Shown: piece after piece, positions 60,656-64,000 of the stretch
Layout: each line of letters starts with the position of its first letter
Numbering within the stretch: position 1 is the first letter of the stretch
Origin: a virus
Taxonomy: Duplodnaviria > Caudoviricetes
Length of the DNA stretch: 64,000 nt
IMG/VR virus record: IMGVR_UViG_3300009031_000221
Coordinates: 320,001-384,000 of that record
Direction: 5' to 3' (one strand)
Translations under genes and position numbers: made by a program
Notes under the pieces: generated by a model
Databases searched by the model: none
Told to the model about the DNA's origin: nothing
Seen by the model: only the letters and a program-made list of their open reading frames with translations

Positions 60656-61804
60656 TCAACCTAGCCTGCCCTTGAAATCTTCGTACCCGAACGTCCGTCT
60701 GAGGATGACTTCACCATCAGACGTGTAGCTCGCGATGGCAGGGTGCTTGACGCCGTTGAAGAACGTCGTCTTGACCATCGTGTACTGCATCATGTCATCG
60801 AACATGAGTCGATCCCCTATTTGAAGGGGTTGATCGAAGGAATAGTCCCCCACAATGTCCCCTGACAAACAAGTTGTGCCCCCCAAACGATACGTGTGAG
60901 GCTTCTCAAAAGCTATACCTGCATTGAGAAGGACGGGGCGATAGGGCATCTCCAGGCAATCCGGCATATGAGCAGCAGCAGATACATCCAGGATAGCGAG
61001 ATCCATACCGTTACGGGTGATGTCCAATACGGTAGTGATCAACCATCCCGAATTTAGCACCACAGCCTCCCCAGGCTCAAGGATGACCTCAACCCCCCAA
61101 CGTTCCTTGAACGCCCGCAGGGTGCGAATCAACCCTTCTACATCATAGCCATCCTTGGTGATATGCTGACCCCCTCCCAGGTTGATCCACTTCATCCTGG
61201 GAAGAATATCCCCGAAGCGATCTTCCAGAGCCCGAATCACGTTTGCTACGGCTTCCGCATCGGGGGATTCGCATAGCACATGGACATGCAGGCCGTCAAT
61301 GCCCTCTAGAAGGTCTTCCCGGAATTCTGAACGAACCACGCCCATCCTACTGTACTTCTGACACGGGTCATAGATTTCCGCGACCGCATTGGACCATTCA
61401 GGGTTAACCCGAATTCCAATAGATGGAGGGTTGCGGCGGGATTGAACCTGATCGCGATACCGCTGCCATTGGGAAAACGAATTGAAGGTCAGGTGCGAAA
61501 CCCGTGGCAAGATTCTGTTGATGTCCGAATCGGAGTAGGCAGGGGCGTAGGCATGAATTTCCCCGCCAAATGTGTCACGGGCAAGGTCTACTTCATTGGG
61601 ACTCGAGGCTGCCGTGCCCCGAAGATGTGGGCGGAGAAGCGGGAATGCATGCCACATGGCAAAGGCCTTGAGGGCGGCAATGATGGTGCATCCAGACTGT
61701 TCTTGGACATACGCGAGGATCTCGACATTGTGTTTCAACCTGGATTCGTCAAGCAAAAAGCAAGGCGAAGGCAAAGGTGCAATGTCGCGATCCAGAATGT
61801 CCAT
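60656..61804 (-). CDS. nspC: carboxynorspermidine/carboxyspermidine decarboxylase
   Basis: PSPCFLLDE, ALKAFA (PLP Lys), IRVNP, SRMG, GLHVH.LCE, NLGGGQHIT, EPGEA, HMPDCLEMPYRP, CLSGD, YTMVKTTFFNG. Confidence 0.92.
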   Translation of the reverse strand: MDILDRDIAPLPSPCFLLDESRLKHNVEILAYVQEQSGCTIIAALKAFAMWHAFPLLRPHLRGTAASSPNEVDLARDTFGGEIHAYAPAYSDSDINRILPRVSHLTFNSFSQWQRYRDQVQSRRNPPSIGIRVNPEWSNAVAEIYDPCQKYSRMGVVRSEFREDLLEGIDGLHVHVLCESPDAEAVANVIRALEDRFGDILPRMKWINLGGGQHITKDGYDVEGLIRTLRAFKERWGVEVILEPGEAVVLNSGWLITTVLDITRNGMDLAILDVSAAAHMPDCLEMPYRPVLLNAGIAFEKPHTYRLGGTTCLSGDIVGDYSFDQPLQIGDRLMFDDMMQYTMVKTTFFNGVKHPAIASYTSDGEVILRRTFGYEDFKGRLG

Positions 61805-61944
61805 TCATTTTCCTCCCAAACGATAGATACTTTGTAGTGGTTCTAATCACAGATAGCTTGGGCCTATCAAGGTTTTACCGGGTTTCGGTAGATTGATTAT
61901 GACTAGCCTAGTCTAGCCACTATCGGCATATAGGATTTCTACAC

Positions 61945-62880
61945 ATGCGTACACTAAAGAAGGGTTGCCGCGGAGCGGATGTCCAGAATTTTCAGCAGTT
62001 CCTTCGTGGATTCCAATGCGATGAAATGGGTGAATGCACTGTAGCGGCTGCTTCGGATGCGGTTGTTGCGGATGGCATCTTCGGGCCGGCAACAGAAAAG
62101 GCCGTCAAGGCATGGCAAACGGCACGCCAGTTGACCGCAGATGGAGTTATCGGCCCAAATACGTGGAAGGCTGCAGTCAAGGACGGGTTCCCTACTGAAG
62201 CCGTGCCTGTAGTGGACAACGGAGATCAGAACGTTCCGCCTGATCCAACAGACGTGACGGCTGATATACCCACTTTGGACAAGGTTTCACCTGGGTGGCC
62301 TGCACGTCCTGCGGGGGCGTCCCCATTGGTCTCGAATGAATCCCGTTGTGCCGTGTTCGGCAAGTTTGCCTACAAGGATGATCCGACGCCAAAGAACCCT
62401 GAGCACATTCAAATCACAGATAACTGGGCTGCAACGAACATCGCAACGTTCCTCATCCCTCAGTTGGCGGGGCTACCTGGCGCCCCTATGGGCGGCAAGG
62501 TTTCCATGCACCGTTTGGCAGGGCCTCAGTTCGTTGCTTGGTTCCGTGCCATTGAAGCAAAGGGACTAGCCAATCGCCTGATCAGCTTCGGCGGATGCTG
62601 GGTACCTCGTTACGTTCGTGGGTCAAAGACACGTTTATCAAACCATGCTTGGGGTACCGCTATTGACATCAATGTCCCATGGAATGCTCGTGGACATCAA
62701 TCGGCATTGTTTGGCATGAAGGGGTGCGTCCGGGAACTAGCAGAGATCTGCTACGACTTTGGAATATTCTGGGGCGGATGGTACTTAAATGCTCCTTGCG
62801 ACGGCATGCATTTTGAGCAATTCCGGGTACTTACACAGGATGAATTGAAAGCGGCTAAGGTCAAGCATGGGATTGTGTAA
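61945..62880 (+). CDS. modular endolysin: peptidoglycan-binding domain + M15 peptidase
   Basis: DGIFGPATEKAVKAWQ...LTADGVIGPNTW; SNHAWGTAIDIN (SxHxxGxAxD), DGMHFE. Confidence 0.88.
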   Translation: MRTLKKGCRGADVQNFQQFLRGFQCDEMGECTVAAASDAVVADGIFGPATEKAVKAWQTARQLTADGVIGPNTWKAAVKDGFPTEAVPVVDNGDQNVPPDPTDVTADIPTLDKVSPGWPARPAGASPLVSNESRCAVFGKFAYKDDPTPKNPEHIQITDNWAATNIATFLIPQLAGLPGAPMGGKVSMHRLAGPQFVAWFRAIEAKGLANRLISFGGCWVPRYVRGSKTRLSNHAWGTAIDINVPWNARGHQSALFGMKGCVRELAEICYDFGIFWGGWYLNAPCDGMHFEQFRVLTQDELKAAKVKHGIV

Positions 62881-63625
62881 CATGACTGTCGGGATCTACA
62901 AAATTACCAATAACATAAATGGCAAATGCTATGTGGGCCAGAGCTGGAACATTGAAAAGCGATGGAGGGACTACCATTCTTCATATGTGAATTTGCAACA
63001 GCCTAAACTTTACAATGCTTTCCAGAAGTACGGCAAAGACAAGTTTGTTTTTGAAGTATTGGTGCAACTCACAGCTGGATCCACACAGGATCAATTGGAT
63101 GTTTTGGAGATCCAATTGATGGATCAACTAGACAGTATTCGTTCAGGGTACAACATCCGAGGGGGTGGTAGCCGAGGACGACACTCCCCCGAAACAATCG
63201 CCAAAATGCAATATGCACATACTGGAAAGACACACACAGACGCAACCAAAACCAAAATTAGGGATCTTCGCACAGGTCAATGTTTGACCCCGGAAACATG
63301 TGCTAAGATGAGTGATGCCAATCGGTTCAAACCAATGTCGGATGAAACCCTGGCACGCCGTTTGGACCCCACATATCGGGCAGATGTGAAACTAGCCCGA
63401 AGGCTAGAATACAATCGGAATAAGGTAAAGTCTCATCGAGGGGTAGGAAAACCTAAAGACCCGATTTCGCAGCAAACTTTGGATCATATGGTGATTATGT
63501 TCAAGGCAGGGCATTCCCTCGGGTCTATCGCACGCACAGTAGGATACAGCCACCCTACTGTTCGAACCTATCTGAAACGAATGCTAACACCAGCAGAATT
63601 GGTGGCAAAATCCAAGGACAAATAA
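62867..63625 (+). CDS. GIY-YIG endonuclease with NUMOD3-like repeats and C-terminal HTH
   Basis: VGIYKITN...CYVGQS...R; HSPETIAKM, HTDATKTKI; SLGSIARTVGYSHPTVRTYL. Confidence 0.88.
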   Translation: MGLCNMTVGIYKITNNINGKCYVGQSWNIEKRWRDYHSSYVNLQQPKLYNAFQKYGKDKFVFEVLVQLTAGSTQDQLDVLEIQLMDQLDSIRSGYNIRGGGSRGRHSPETIAKMQYAHTGKTHTDATKTKIRDLRTGQCLTPETCAKMSDANRFKPMSDETLARRLDPTYRADVKLARRLEYNRNKVKSHRGVGKPKDPISQQTLDHMVIMFKAGHSLGSIARTVGYSHPTVRTYLKRMLTPAELVAKSKDK

Positions 63626-64000
63626 TGGCACAAACCAACGTCATTCGCATCCCGTTTGATCCGCCGGCGGCAATATGGTCGATCATCCGGAAGTGGGCTC
63701 CTGATAGAGGCCCTGCGAAAACAATGATCCTCCACAAGAATGATGAAGGCGGTGTCCCTGCTACCCTCATCATCGCTTCTTCGCAATGGATGCAGGATAT
63801 GTCACGGTCATTCCTGAATGACTGGGATGGGCGTTCAGATCTCGCGACATGGAAGCAGTGGGACAAGTCCATCAAGCAAGCGGTTCGTTGGCTAGTAGGG
63901 CAAGAGAGAATAGCCCGAAAGGCACTACAGGTGGTGAAAATGGGGGGTGCTCAACGGGTAGCTAATCGGTATATGAAGACCGCAGGGAATCTAAATGATA
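63625..64000 (+). CDS. hypothetical protein, partial
   Basis: TAATG overlap; open frame MAQTNVIRIPFD... to window end. Confidence 0.6.
   Translation, partial: MAQTNVIRIPFDPPAAIWSIIRKWAPDRGPAKTMILHKNDEGGVPATLIIASSQWMQDMSRSFLNDWDGRSDLATWKQWDKSIKQAVRWLVGQERIARKALQVVKMGGAQRVANRYMKTAGNLND

Noticed and set aside
61901-61913. Palindrome GACTAG-C-CTAGTC between nspC and endolysin
   Set aside because: A 6-bp single-copy palindrome can arise by chance; no second copy was noticed.
61945-63625. GIY-YIG as an intron-encoded nuclease splitting the endolysin
   Set aside because: The endolysin ORF is complete (PG-binding domain plus all M15 motifs) and the nuclease starts at its end, so it is free-standing.
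1-64000. tRNA, rRNA or structured ncRNA genes
   Set aside because: Intergenic gaps are nearly all too short and I saw no cloverleaf or rRNA signatures. A tRNAscan/Infernal run would be needed to exclude them.

Overview
Gene-dense 64-kb segment, almost entirely minus-strand, with frequent ATGA/TAATG/TGATG stop-start overlaps and mostly short unknown ORFs. It reads like the accessory/early region of a large (jumbo-type) bacteriophage or similar large mobile element. This is an inference: no terminase, capsid or polymerase gene lies in the window. All protein calls come from motifs read by eye and recalled family signatures; no searches were run. Recognisable genes: carboxynorspermidine decarboxylase (nspC), PG-binding/M15 endolysin, SLT transglycosylase, two GIY-YIG and one HNH endonuclease, DEDDh exonuclease, two AAA ATPases (one BCS1-like), HslV-like Ntn protease, J-domain protein, RNA-ligase-like protein, an N6-adenine methyltransferase with a possible nuclease N-terminus, a stand-alone IleRS C-terminal-like protein and a small structural-like cluster. 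Three unexplained structures stand out. (1) A 6.2-kb tandem array of 24 small, mostly acidic, highly diverged paralogs (19435-25680), all carrying W-x-[DE]-x-x-K-x-[FWY] near the N-terminus (K in 22 of 24) and translationally coupled behind the BCS1-like ATPase. (2) A bipartite DNA motif, minus-strand consensus CTTACTT(C/T)-N11-GCGTAGA, found 13 times plus one degenerate copy, always 16-41 nt upstream of a start codon; an ECF-sigma-like gene in the window is a candidate cognate factor. (3) A second run of six diverged genes (7893-12200) sharing a D-x-x-D-x-N-D-x-A-G-[WF]-x-S motif. Many CDS starts were moved from the ORF track to the start codon coupled to the upstream stop.
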